Shown: piece by piece, positions 36,009 through 45,362 of the stretch
Numbering within the stretch: the first letter of the stretch is position 1
How the letters are laid out: the number at the start of each line of letters is the position of its first letter
DNA from: a virus
Taxonomy: Duplodnaviria > Caudoviricetes
Virus record (IMG/VR): IMGVR_UViG_3300046167_000012
Span: 1 to 60,562 of that record
Length of the DNA: 60,562 nt
Direction: 5' to 3' (one strand)
The notes under the pieces: model-generated
The model's input: the letters and a program-made list of their open reading frames with translations, nothing else
Told to the model about the DNA's origin: nothing
Database searches by the model: none
Program-made: the position numbers and the translations under genes

Positions 36009-36401
36009 ATGGGTAAACGATGGACAGATAAAGAGGACGGTATCCTCGAAGCATTACGTGATGGGGGCATGACCTTTGAGGAGATTGCTTCCGTAATGGG
36101 TCGCACAAAGCAAGCAGTACAGCAACGTGCGCATATGTTGAAACGTAACGAGCCTACGTTTCGTGAAGTTGTGGATACAGCTTTTGCCAAGCACGGTATC
36201 GAGTTCGGTGAACCTGATAAAGTTGATGCGGCGTATGAACACTTTAAAGAACAGCTATACCCTAATGGTGTTAGCGACATTCATGCTTCATTACAGAAGA
36301 ACAAGCCGTTGCCGAGAATACAATACATGCTCAGTCAAATGGAACGAGACTTAAAGCCGAAGCCGCAGTGGTGGAAAGCTATGATGTGGTGGAGGAAATA
36401 A
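36009..36401 (+). CDS. GcrA/Myb-like helix-turn-helix protein
   Basis: WTDKEDGILEALRDGGMTFEEIASVMGRTKQAVQQRAHML parallels the GcrA N-terminal WTD...G.S..IA..LG.TRNAV...HRL. Confidence 0.6.
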   Translation: MGKRWTDKEDGILEALRDGGMTFEEIASVMGRTKQAVQQRAHMLKRNEPTFREVVDTAFAKHGIEFGEPDKVDAAYEHFKEQLYPNGVSDIHASLQKNKPLPRIQYMLSQMERDLKPKPQWWKAMMWWRK

Positions 36402-36402
36402 C

Positions 36403-37674
36403 ATGCTAGCAATTAAACAACTAACTGAGGAGCAACGCCTAACAAAAGCCGTTGTATCTATTATGAGTAGCCCGAAGTATGTCGCACTCGCAGGGGTGCT
36501 AATGATCGGGGAGCGTTCTGTAGTGGACGACCCGAGCGTACCGACGGCATGTACCAATGGGCGTGACGAGTTCTACGGACGTGAGTTTGTAAGTAAGCTC
36601 AACGATGCCGAGCTTAGATTTCTGGTATTGCACGAAGTGTACCACAAGTTGTTCCGTCACTTGACCACATGGAAACATCTATACATGCAAGACGCATACC
36701 TTGCGAATGTATCGTGTGACTACGTGATCAACCTAAAGATTGTAGATGATAACTACGAAGATGGGTTTGCTACTATGACAGGCGAGCTTGCGAAAGGTTG
36801 CTATGATCGTAAGTATGTGGGTATGGACACCGCGCAGGTGTACAACTTGCTACGTAAAGATCAACCGCAAGGCGGCGCGGGTCGTGGTGGTGTTATCGTA
36901 ATCGGTGATCCCGAAGATGGTGATGGTACACCGCAGAACGGTAGTGGCTCACTACCTGATGGACAAGAACCATTCGATGCACATGATTGGGAAGGCGCAC
37001 AAGAAATGACCGCCGACGAACAACGTGATCTTGCCAGAGAGATTGACGAGGCAGTACGTCAAGGTGCATTGGTTGCAGGGAAGATGGGCAGTGGTGGTGA
37101 TCGTGACCTAGAAGCATTACTAGAACCACAAGTCGATTGGCGTGAAGTGTTGCGTGAGTTTGTGCAGGCTACATGTACAGGCAATGATTACTCTACATGG
37201 CGTAAACCAAAACGTAGGTTGCTTGGTCAAGGTATATACATGCCTAGCACGTACAGCGAACAGGTCGGGGAACTGGTGGTTGCAATCGACACGTCTGGGT
37301 CTATCCAACAGCCCGAAGTCACCGCGTTTCTTTCCGAGGTCAAAGCAATATGCGATATGGTACACCCAGATAAAGTACGTCTGTTGTATTGGGACACGAA
37401 GGTATGTGGTGATGAAACGTATGACACGCATGAACTAGAAACACTTATACAATCTACCAAGATCAAAGGCGGTGGCGGTACAGATGTAGACTGTGTGACT
37501 GAATACATTCGTGAAGAAAGCATCAACGCGCAAGCGGCTATCGTACTAACAGATGGAGAACTATACAGTGGTTGGGGTCAGTGGACTATGCCTGTGTTGT
37601 GGTGCGTTATCGACAACAAGCACAAAGTGCCAGACGTAGGTAAATGTGTACACATAAAATCGAGGGACATGTAA
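36403..37674 (+). CDS. Metallopeptidase + vWA domain protein (DUF2201-like)
   Basis: PTACTNG; LHEVYH (HExxH); NVSCDYVIN; VAIDTSGS MIDAS; GGGGTD; LTDG. Confidence 0.85.
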   Translation: MLAIKQLTEEQRLTKAVVSIMSSPKYVALAGVLMIGERSVVDDPSVPTACTNGRDEFYGREFVSKLNDAELRFLVLHEVYHKLFRHLTTWKHLYMQDAYLANVSCDYVINLKIVDDNYEDGFATMTGELAKGCYDRKYVGMDTAQVYNLLRKDQPQGGAGRGGVIVIGDPEDGDGTPQNGSGSLPDGQEPFDAHDWEGAQEMTADEQRDLAREIDEAVRQGALVAGKMGSGGDRDLEALLEPQVDWREVLREFVQATCTGNDYSTWRKPKRRLLGQGIYMPSTYSEQVGELVVAIDTSGSIQQPEVTAFLSEVKAICDMVHPDKVRLLYWDTKVCGDETYDTHELETLIQSTKIKGGGGTDVDCVTEYIREESINAQAAIVLTDGELYSGWGQWTMPVLWCVIDNKHKVPDVGKCVHIKSRDM

Positions 37675-37847
37675 TGAGTAAAACTTATATTGGAGTGTGG
37701 GAGTGTACCTTCTACAAGAGCGATGCCGATGGCAACGAACTCAAGAACGCCGATGGTAGTATCAAACTATTCGATGCACCTAAATTAGATATGTCTCACT
37801 TTGCGGAGTACGTAGACGACGATGATTTAGTGGAGGTGAAGCGATGA
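37674..37847 (+). CDS. Hypothetical protein
   Basis: TAATG coupling; start refined to 37674. Confidence 0.55.
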   Translation: MSKTYIGVWECTFYKSDADGNELKNADGSIKLFDAPKLDMSHFAEYVDDDDLVEVKR

Positions 37848-38065
37848 GTAAGATTGGAAACTATGTAGTAGAACTACAGGAGCAAGAGATTTTCATCGAA
37901 TGTCCTGAGTGCAAAGACACAGACCGACAGGGCAAAGTTACAGGCGAGGAGTTCAAGTGGACGGGCGATATGTACGAGCCATTTGAAACATGGGTTGATT
38001 GCGAAAACTGTAATGGACTTGGGGAGATCGAACGTGATTACGACGACGATTCGTGTGGGCAATAA
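37844..38065 (+). CDS. Small Zn-finger protein (DnaJ-like CxxC pairs)
   Basis: CPEC...CENCNGLG; ATGA overlap. Confidence 0.6.
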   Translation: MSKIGNYVVELQEQEIFIECPECKDTDRQGKVTGEEFKWTGDMYEPFETWVDCENCNGLGEIERDYDDDSCGQ

Positions 38066-38122
38066 ATGCCCACGCAGATGCTTTAAACTAAACAATAACA
38101 TTTAACAACAGGATAAAAACAA

Positions 38123-39220
38123 ATGGCACTAACATATTCATCATTCGAGAGCTTCGACGAGGTAGTGGCTCACTACGAAAACATAAAGCCAATGGGCGGT
38201 AGTGGTAACAAGGGTAAAGATATCAGACCCATAGGTGATCGTAAACGTAAGTACGAACGTATCGTAAAGATCAGCAACAACTGCTACGCACTATCAGACG
38301 GCTTTCACTTTGGTGACAAGTACTTCAACTGGGGTTGGGGCTATACTGCTTCTGCTGAGTTTGTACCTACACTAAAGGACATGGAGAAGTATGCACCTAT
38401 CATATGGCGCAAGAAACGTGACGGCACAGAACAAGTCACAATACGTAATGGGTATGGAAATCACGCACACAACGGACGTTATGCTTTTATAAACAGGCAT
38501 ACACCAAAAGGTCTGGGGTTTGTTGTCGACAATGGTAAACAGTATGTGACTAAGACAATGGGTAGGTATCCTGACCATAGGCATGACGAACGATATTACT
38601 TAGCCAAGACCCATACCGCACCGCGTATTGTCTACGACCATATAAAAGATCAGCAAAACGCTAATTGGTATCAAGAAAATGCTAAGAAGTGGGTCATGTT
38701 ACACGACGACAACTCTGCCTTAGTGTTCAACAAAGCCGAAAGTAAAGATCGGTTCTCTGGTGTTGACTGGGTACATGTCAAGGGAACAGGGCGCGCACTG
38801 CCGAAAGCGCCGCGTGTGAACATAGAAATCAAAGCCAAGTACAAAGACTCAATCAAAAAGTTTTTCGAATGGGGTATGACTATGTCACCGCTAATGCCAT
38901 TGGAGGACAACGAGTACCTGTATAAACATCATCAAGACTTGGTTGAAGCCTACGGTCAAACAAGGGGCAACCACTGGAGGAAAGTAGATGGTATGAGAGG
39001 ACGTGAGATTGTGCGTAGTAGTAGACACCCTGCACGGCTAGCGTTTTGGATAGAGTTTGCCAAACAATGCTACGCGCCAGACGAGCAGAGTTGGAGTTTC
39101 AACAGTTCGCCGTTGCTCACTAAAATAAAAACCAAAGAAGATATTTCCCATGTACGAGCATGCTTCAACAGATTTATCAACACAGAACTTGGGTTCATTA
39201 CAAAAGGAGAACAACCATGA
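38123..39220 (+). CDS. Early hypothetical protein
   Basis: 365-aa ORF with AGGA RBS. Confidence 0.75.
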   Translation: MALTYSSFESFDEVVAHYENIKPMGGSGNKGKDIRPIGDRKRKYERIVKISNNCYALSDGFHFGDKYFNWGWGYTASAEFVPTLKDMEKYAPIIWRKKRDGTEQVTIRNGYGNHAHNGRYAFINRHTPKGLGFVVDNGKQYVTKTMGRYPDHRHDERYYLAKTHTAPRIVYDHIKDQQNANWYQENAKKWVMLHDDNSALVFNKAESKDRFSGVDWVHVKGTGRALPKAPRVNIEIKAKYKDSIKKFFEWGMTMSPLMPLEDNEYLYKHHQDLVEAYGQTRGNHWRKVDGMRGREIVRSSRHPARLAFWIEFAKQCYAPDEQSWSFNSSPLLTKIKTKEDISHVRACFNRFINTELGFITKGEQP

Positions 39221-40107
39221 GTGACTTAGAATTAAAATTAGTAAGGGATATTGAAAAACCAAACCCAGATTATAAGGTATATACACCTAATCTAGATGTG
39301 CAGATGATGGCAGATGCACTAACCAAAAAGGTTCGCGGTTACAAGACCGCGCCTAAAAGTTTGGAATCCATGTGGGTTTACAGACCGCAAGACACCTACG
39401 CTATGGGTTGGATAAGATACGCAGACGTGTTTGAAGGTGGTACAGGTGACAAGCGGCATGCTGTTTATTCGCCTAACATACAGAACGGCAAGTACTCGTA
39501 TGGAGATAATTGCTTCATGTCTTCAGCACTGCATTTCAACAAGGGGTTACTTAACGCATGTAAATACCTACGCCCACCAACCGCAAAGCAAGTTGTGGAA
39601 CAAGTGCAAAGGGATTTTGCTAGAGGTGTGTCTCGTTCGTTGGACGAAGTAAAGACCAAGGCACACAAGATAACGAACAAGATTGACACCGATGTATTTG
39701 GTAGGACACGCCTAAACACCGCACCTCTTAAAAGAGAACTCGCTAACATATTAAAGTCAGACTACGAGTTTCTCGACAAAGAACTTGAAGTGCAACTAAT
39801 CGAAGCCTTTGAAGCGGTTAAGGAGCTACATGATAGTAGAGATATACATGATAAAGACCACACGTTTATCGAGGTTGTACAAGCTCAAGGTGCTAACCTA
39901 TACCGAGGCTTCAAGAAAATACCGCAACACTTCACACTGTTTCATCACGACGATAGTGCTGATAACAAGATAGCGTACACACAGGAAGAACTACCAGAGA
40001 GACTACTCGGTGCTATGTCTGTGTTGTCTATGGTCGACGAAGGCCAATACGTTGCGGGTGTTGGGTATCGTGCAGGTGAAAATATGTTCTACATTAAAGG
40101 CGAGTAA
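39217..40107 (+). CDS. Hypothetical protein
   Basis: Start refined to 39217 (AGGAG, ATGA overlap). Confidence 0.75.
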   Translation: MSDLELKLVRDIEKPNPDYKVYTPNLDVQMMADALTKKVRGYKTAPKSLESMWVYRPQDTYAMGWIRYADVFEGGTGDKRHAVYSPNIQNGKYSYGDNCFMSSALHFNKGLLNACKYLRPPTAKQVVEQVQRDFARGVSRSLDEVKTKAHKITNKIDTDVFGRTRLNTAPLKRELANILKSDYEFLDKELEVQLIEAFEAVKELHDSRDIHDKDHTFIEVVQAQGANLYRGFKKIPQHFTLFHHDDSADNKIAYTQEELPERLLGAMSVLSMVDEGQYVAGVGYRAGENMFYIKGE

Positions 40108-40109
40108 GT

Positions 40110-40367
40110 GTGGGAACAACTGACACTATCACGTACCGCGTGACAATACATCCTACTACAAATAAGGTTAATGTAATGTCTTTTGATCTAGACGCTATTG
40201 ACGCGACAGGTTTAGGAGTATATGACACTATAAACGAAACACCTAAATGGATCAGGGAGCGTATTGCTACACTTATGCTCGTTGATCCTACACCACCGAC
40301 TGAACCAATAGAAGGTGTAGGTCACAGGATCGACAAAACTACTTATTGGATTTACGCTGATAGGTAG
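40110..40367 (+). CDS. Hypothetical protein
   Basis: 85 aa. Its C-terminus (P.WIRERIATL...IEGVGHR) echoes the end of the preceding ORF (PERLLGAMSVL...VAGVGYR). Confidence 0.6.
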   Translation: MGTTDTITYRVTIHPTTNKVNVMSFDLDAIDATGLGVYDTINETPKWIRERIATLMLVDPTPPTEPIEGVGHRIDKTTYWIYADR

Positions 40368-40445
40368 TGACACACTACCAATTTAACTTTGGGGGGCGGA
40401 CATCTGCCCCCCATCGAAGCCAGTTATTTTACATGGAGATCAACA

Positions 40446-40754
40446 ATGGCAACAACACCAGAAGCTAAAGTAAAGAAGGTAGTGACTAACTACCTAAAGA
40501 AGATGGGAGCATACTACTTCTACCCTGTTACAGGTGGATTTGGACGAAGCGGCGTACCTGACATAATCGCATGCTACAAAGGTCTGTTCCTTGGTATTGA
40601 ATGTAAAGCAGGGAAGGGGAAGACTACCGCACTGCAACAGAAGAACCTAGATGATATCAAAACAGCAGGGGGTTTTGATTGGGTTGTAAACGAAACAAAT
40701 ATGCACCAAACAGAAACACAGATTAAGTATTGGGCATCAACACAACAGGAATAA
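40446..40754 (+). CDS. VRR-NUC nuclease / Holliday-junction resolvase-like
   Basis: TPEAKVK...GVPDII...FLGIECKA...TALQ...I...GG. Confidence 0.85.
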   Translation: MATTPEAKVKKVVTNYLKKMGAYYFYPVTGGFGRSGVPDIIACYKGLFLGIECKAGKGKTTALQQKNLDDIKTAGGFDWVVNETNMHQTETQIKYWASTQQE

Positions 40755-40759
40755 ACAAT

Positions 40760-41245
40760 ATGAACATTTTGAATAACATGGAATCGCAAGAAGTTTTTAT
40801 CGTACATCAAATGCCTACAGGCACTGCCTTTGGGGTACGTGTCGATAACGGCGAGAAGGTCTTTATAAACTCTAAGCTAGCTAAGAAGCACACCGTCGCA
40901 GAAGAACAAGTACGGACGCTTACACTAATACCAAACACTAAAGTTGACACGCCTTGGCAAGCGGTTGGTGTATCTGCAAACGTCGAAGAACCTACACCGA
41001 GAGTTGAGGTAGCCAATCTGGAAGATCGTATCGAAGAGTATTTCCAAGAGGAAGCTAATCAGGTTGCATCTACTTCTAAAGTATTAGCTGACGCATTAGA
41101 CGTTGACGTTGTGTCTGTACAAACAGCACTTATTCGTATGCACAATGCAGGGGAAATGACCAAGGCTCAAGTGCATTGTAAAGGTGGGCAAGACAAAGCC
41201 TCTTGGGTTTTATGGGCGCCAAATACAGATTGGTATGAAATGTAA
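40760..41245 (+). CDS. Hypothetical protein (OB-like N-domain, winged-HTH-like C-domain)
   Basis: AFGVRVDNGEKVFI...PWQAV; SKVLADALDV...VQTALIRM...GE. Confidence 0.5.
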   Translation: MNILNNMESQEVFIVHQMPTGTAFGVRVDNGEKVFINSKLAKKHTVAEEQVRTLTLIPNTKVDTPWQAVGVSANVEEPTPRVEVANLEDRIEEYFQEEANQVASTSKVLADALDVDVVSVQTALIRMHNAGEMTKAQVHCKGGQDKASWVLWAPNTDWYEM

Positions 41246-41436
41246 TGCACAACAAAAAGAAACTAACGCCCGCCCTCGAGTACGAGTTACAGTTCTTACG
41301 TAAACAAGTAGACTTTTGGCAACAGCAATACATACAACCAACTGCATCACCATCTGCAAGAGATCGTTACGACTACGCCAAAGCAGACTTAACTAAGTTT
41401 GTTAGTAACAGGCGCAAAGAAGGATACAACATATGA
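41245..41436 (+). CDS. Hypothetical protein
   Basis: Coupled on both sides. Confidence 0.6.
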   Translation: MHNKKKLTPALEYELQFLRKQVDFWQQQYIQPTASPSARDRYDYAKADLTKFVSNRRKEGYNI

Positions 41437-41888
41437 CCAAGAAAGAAGAACGTGTATGGACGTATCTACTTGCTAACCGCAAGGCAACTTCTAGTGAAGT
41501 AGCTAAAGCCGTAGGGGTAAGTATAAAATACGTAGACAAGATGATAGCAACTATATCGTCACCTAACTGGAGAGAAGAAATACCTGTGCCTAAGTTTGTA
41601 AAGGACGACAACGCTAAAACTAGGTACGACCTGTTACCACCAGAGTTGCTCGAAGAAACAGCAAGAGTTCTTACGTTTGGCGCACAGAAGTATAGCGCAC
41701 ACAACTGGGCGCAAGGTGCATCTTGGAGTAGATACTTTAGCGCAATGATGCGTCACATGTGGGCTTGGTGGAGAGGTGAAGATAATGACCCCGAAACAGG
41801 GTTTTCACATTTAGCACACGCCGCATGCTGTCTTAGCTTTCTCATAGCTTATCAGCGGCGCGGCCTTGGAGAGGACGATAGAGTATAA
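41433..41888 (+). CDS. dATP/dGTP diphosphohydrolase-family (DUF5664-like) protein with N-terminal HTH
   Basis: KTRYDLLP...VLTFGAQKY..HNW..G...AMMRH..AW..GED.DPETG.SHLAHAAC; N-terminal ATSSEVAKAVGVSIKYV. Confidence 0.8.
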   Translation: MTKKEERVWTYLLANRKATSSEVAKAVGVSIKYVDKMIATISSPNWREEIPVPKFVKDDNAKTRYDLLPPELLEETARVLTFGAQKYSAHNWAQGASWSRYFSAMMRHMWAWWRGEDNDPETGFSHLAHAACCLSFLIAYQRRGLGEDDRV

Positions 41889-42250
41889 TGGGCAGTAAAA
41901 TTAAACCTATAACTGAAAAGATAATTACTCTTAGTAAAGCGGGTATGTGTAAGGAAGACATAGCACGAGAAGTACAAGGGACTTACGCACAGGTTGCCGC
42001 GTCCATAGCAAGGGCGCAAAGGCGTGGAGATTTGCCGCCAAATAAGCCAGTTCCCATCACAGATATAGCATCGTTTAGGCGTCGCTACGATATTAAGACA
42101 GGTAGTGTTGGTTCGTCGTTGGTAGAAAACACCACCAAAGAAGTATGGGATTTTGCCGCAGACCAAATGCTAAGAAACGATTACCCTAGCTTGGCAGATT
42201 ACCTCGTCGATTTGTTAGTAGATGAATACTACAAAAAGAAAGTTAACTAA
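41888..42250 (+). CDS. HTH-containing hypothetical protein
   Basis: GMCKEDIAREV..TYAQVAASIARA.RRG. Confidence 0.55.
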   Translation: MGSKIKPITEKIITLSKAGMCKEDIAREVQGTYAQVAASIARAQRRGDLPPNKPVPITDIASFRRRYDIKTGSVGSSLVENTTKEVWDFAADQMLRNDYPSLADYLVDLLVDEYYKKKVN

Positions 42251-44076
42251 TGGATGTATACACGCTCGACTTTGAGACTTACTATGATCAGGACTACTCA
42301 CTATCTAAGATGACGACAGAAGATTATGTGCGCGACTCACGGTTCGAAGTAATCGGCCTTGCTATAAAAAAGAATGATAAAGCCACTCAGTACTTAAACG
42401 ACCCCGTGACCATTGAACGTCTACTATCATACATAGACTTCTCTCAGAGCGCCATCCTAGCACAGAACACTATGTTCGATGGAGCTATACTAAGTTGGAG
42501 ATATGGTGTGAAGCCGAAGGTTTGGTTCGATACTATGTGCATGGGTAGAGGTTTACACGGCGTGGATGCAGGCGCATCATTGCGGGCTTTGTCTGAACGC
42601 TACGGTATCGGCGAAAAAGGTTTCGAAGTACACAACGCCAAGGGCAAACGCCGCGCCGATTTCACTGCGGAAGAAGCTAAGAAGTACGGCGAGTATTGTA
42701 TACAGGATGTCGAGCTAACGTATAAACTGTTTAAGATCATGGGGGCTAACTTCCCTCGCACTGAGCTAAAGCTAATCGACGTTACATTGCGTATGTTTAT
42801 TGATCCGATACTTGATCTAGACCTTGGGTTGTTGGAACAGCACTTGGAAGACACGCAAGATCGTAAGGATAAACTACTGCGCGATGCAGGGGTGACAGAT
42901 AAGAAAGACTTGATGTCAAATCTCAAGTTTGCTGACATGCTACGTGATCTTGGTGTCGAGCCGCCTATGAAGACCAGTCTGACAACAGGTAAGGAGACGT
43001 ACGCCTTTGCTAAGAGCGACGAAGACTTCAAGGCATTGCAGGAGCATGCTGATGATCGTGTGCAATCTCTAGTAGCGGCGCGCCTTGGGAACAAATCTAC
43101 TCTTGAGGAAACACGTACGCAGAGGTTTATAGGTATATCTAAACGTGGGCGTTTACCCGTACCGATTAGGTACTACGCGGCGCACACCGGCAGATGGGGT
43201 GGGTCAGATAAAATTAACTTACAAAACCTACCGAGCCGTGGGCCAAATGGTAAGAAGCTAAAGAAGGCTATCATTGCACCAGAAGGACACACAGTTGTCG
43301 AAGCCGATTCGTCCCAAATCGAGGCGCGAGTGCTTGCGTGGTTCGCAGGGCAGAACGATCTTGTAGATCAGTTCGCCAAGGGTGAGGACGTGTACAAGTA
43401 TATGGCGTCAAGTATATACAACGTGGCCGTAGAAGACGTAACTAAAGACCAAAGGTTCGTGGGTAAGACTACAATTCTAGGTGCGGGCTACGGCATGGGG
43501 GCAGAGAAGTTCGGCATGCAGTTAAAGACGTTTGGGTTTGAGGTGTCTGAGGACGAGGCAAGACGGATTATATCTATCTATCGAGAAGCTAACTTTAAGA
43601 TAAGCAAGGTATGGAGAGATGCTAACTACATGGTTAAGCAGTTGGCTAACTACCGTGCTGTGCAGTTTGGTAAGAAGGGTATCATTGGGGTAGACCCTAA
43701 AAACCAAGCCCTGATAGTACCTAGTGGGTTAAAGATATTTTACCCTGAGTTACATGGGGAGCAGTCTGAGAGTGGTTTCGAATATACATACAAAGTACGC
43801 CGAGGCCGAACACGGATATATGGCGGTAAAGTTATCGAGAACGTGTGTCAGGCTATAGCGCGTTGCATAATAGGTGAGCAGATGCTACTAATTAATAAGA
43901 AGTATAAAGTAGTGCTTACTGTACACGATTCGATTGCATGTTGTGTACCCGACGAGGAGGTCGCTGAAGCACAAGCATACGTGGAGAGATGTATGAGATG
44001 GACACCAGACTGGGCAGAGGGCCTTCCTGTCGATTGCGAAAGTGGCACTGGCAAATCCTATGGAGATTGTGAATGA
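42250..44076 (+). CDS. polA: Family A DNA polymerase with 3'-5' exonuclease
   Basis: LDFETY (ExoI); N..FD; YC..DV; HTGRW; NLQN; ADSSQIEAR (motif A); R..GK...LG.GYG (motif B); TVHDS (motif C). Confidence 0.93.
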   Translation: MDVYTLDFETYYDQDYSLSKMTTEDYVRDSRFEVIGLAIKKNDKATQYLNDPVTIERLLSYIDFSQSAILAQNTMFDGAILSWRYGVKPKVWFDTMCMGRGLHGVDAGASLRALSERYGIGEKGFEVHNAKGKRRADFTAEEAKKYGEYCIQDVELTYKLFKIMGANFPRTELKLIDVTLRMFIDPILDLDLGLLEQHLEDTQDRKDKLLRDAGVTDKKDLMSNLKFADMLRDLGVEPPMKTSLTTGKETYAFAKSDEDFKALQEHADDRVQSLVAARLGNKSTLEETRTQRFIGISKRGRLPVPIRYYAAHTGRWGGSDKINLQNLPSRGPNGKKLKKAIIAPEGHTVVEADSSQIEARVLAWFAGQNDLVDQFAKGEDVYKYMASSIYNVAVEDVTKDQRFVGKTTILGAGYGMGAEKFGMQLKTFGFEVSEDEARRIISIYREANFKISKVWRDANYMVKQLANYRAVQFGKKGIIGVDPKNQALIVPSGLKIFYPELHGEQSESGFEYTYKVRRGRTRIYGGKVIENVCQAIARCIIGEQMLLINKKYKVVLTVHDSIACCVPDEEVAEAQAYVERCMRWTPDWAEGLPVDCESGTGKSYGDCE

Positions 44077-44405
44077 AGGATAAATACATCAATGCGTATG
44101 AAGCGCAGCTGCTTGGGGCTCGAAATACTCCAACGCAGGGGCGAGCCGAGGTTAAGTTAGCTGGTGGAGAGTTAGAGGTTAAGTTAGGTGGTGGAGAGTT
44201 AATTTGTTGCCCGCTCTGTGACGGTGCCGAGCTAACAATGCGGACTTGGGAGTTACGGAACGGTCTTGTTATGGAGTATAGTGGTATGTTCGCGGATTAT
44301 CACTGCCGAGACTGCGATGAGGTAATGACGTTGGGTTTCTTCAACCAACCTATAGGAGAGGATAGGATGGCCGCAAGAATAAACTGGGTGGTAAAAGATG
44401 AGTAA
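44073..44405 (+). CDS. Zn-ribbon protein with internal 27-bp tandem duplication
   Basis: CPLC...CRDC; EVKLAGGEL/EVKLGGGEL. Confidence 0.55.
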   Translation: MKDKYINAYEAQLLGARNTPTQGRAEVKLAGGELEVKLGGGELICCPLCDGAELTMRTWELRNGLVMEYSGMFADYHCRDCDEVMTLGFFNQPIGEDRMAARINWVVKDE

Positions 44406-45072
44406 AGCCGCGCCGTGGTCGTTTAGCCGTATCAAAGCATTTGAGCAATGCCCCAAACAGTTCTACCATGAGAAGGTACTCAAGCAGTATCCGTTCAGAG
44501 AAACCGAGGCTATGCGCTACGGCACTGAGTTCCACAAGGCATGTGAGGATTACATAGGTAAAGGTACTCCTGTACCCGCCAAGTTTGACTTTATAAAACC
44601 TACGTTGGATTCCCTTAATAACAAAAAAGGTAAGAAGATAGTAGAGCAGAAGTTAGGCTTGACCGCTGACCTAGAACCCTGCAGTTTCTTTGCAAAAGAT
44701 GTATGGTTTCGAGGCATTGTTGATCTTGCGATCATAGATAAAGAAACTGGGGTGGGTTGGATAATTGACTACAAGACAGGCAGATCGGCGAAGTATGCTG
44801 ACAAAGGCCAGTTGGAGTTGATGGCGTTGACAATTTTTAAACATTACCCCGAGGTCACTAAGCTAAATGCAGGTCTGTTGTTCGTTATTGCCAAGAGCCT
44901 TGTCAAAGCCGAATATGAAATAGACTTACAGCAACTTCTATGGGGGAAATGGTTAGCAAACTATGCTAAGATGGAGAAAGCGTTCGAGGTGGATGTTTGG
45001 AATCCAAAGCCATCTGGTCTGTGTAAACGACACTGTCAAGTAGTTGAGTGTCCCCATAATGGAGCAAACTAA
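44398..45072 (+). CDS. PD-(D/E)XK exonuclease (RecB/Cas4-like)
   Basis: WSFS....FEQCP...GTEFH...RGIVDL...IIDYKTG...QL; C-terminal C..HC....C. Confidence 0.85.
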   Translation: MSKAAPWSFSRIKAFEQCPKQFYHEKVLKQYPFRETEAMRYGTEFHKACEDYIGKGTPVPAKFDFIKPTLDSLNNKKGKKIVEQKLGLTADLEPCSFFAKDVWFRGIVDLAIIDKETGVGWIIDYKTGRSAKYADKGQLELMALTIFKHYPEVTKLNAGLLFVIAKSLVKAEYEIDLQQLLWGKWLANYAKMEKAFEVDVWNPKPSGLCKRHCQVVECPHNGAN

Positions 45073-45362
45073 TGCCATACGTAAATAAACCCCGCCCGTA
45101 TAAAAAAGAATATCAACAGCAGAAAGCGAGAGGAGAACACGAAGCTCGTATGGAGCGACAACGCGCCAGACGTGCGATGGATAAGAAAGGTAAAGATGCC
45201 AACAAGAATGGCAAAGCCGACAAGCGAGAAGGTAAAGATATCGCTCACAAGAAGGCACTAAGTAAAGGCGGCACAAACAAGGACGGATACAAAGTCCAAA
45301 GCCGTAAGAAAAATCGAGCCGCGGGTGGTGCTATGAGCAGCCCCAAAAAGAAGAAAAAGTAG
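45072..45362 (+). CDS. Basic HNH-like protein (degenerate)
   Basis: GKDIAHKKALSKGGTN...NR resembles the HNH motif. Confidence 0.55.
   Translation: MPYVNKPRPYKKEYQQQKARGEHEARMERQRARRAMDKKGKDANKNGKADKREGKDIAHKKALSKGGTNKDGYKVQSRKKNRAAGGAMSSPKKKKK

Noticed and set aside
41433-44076. 2-aminoadenine (Z-genome) system
   Set aside because: The diphosphohydrolase is present, but I recognised no PurZ (adenylosuccinate synthetase-like) or DatZ HD-domain gene.
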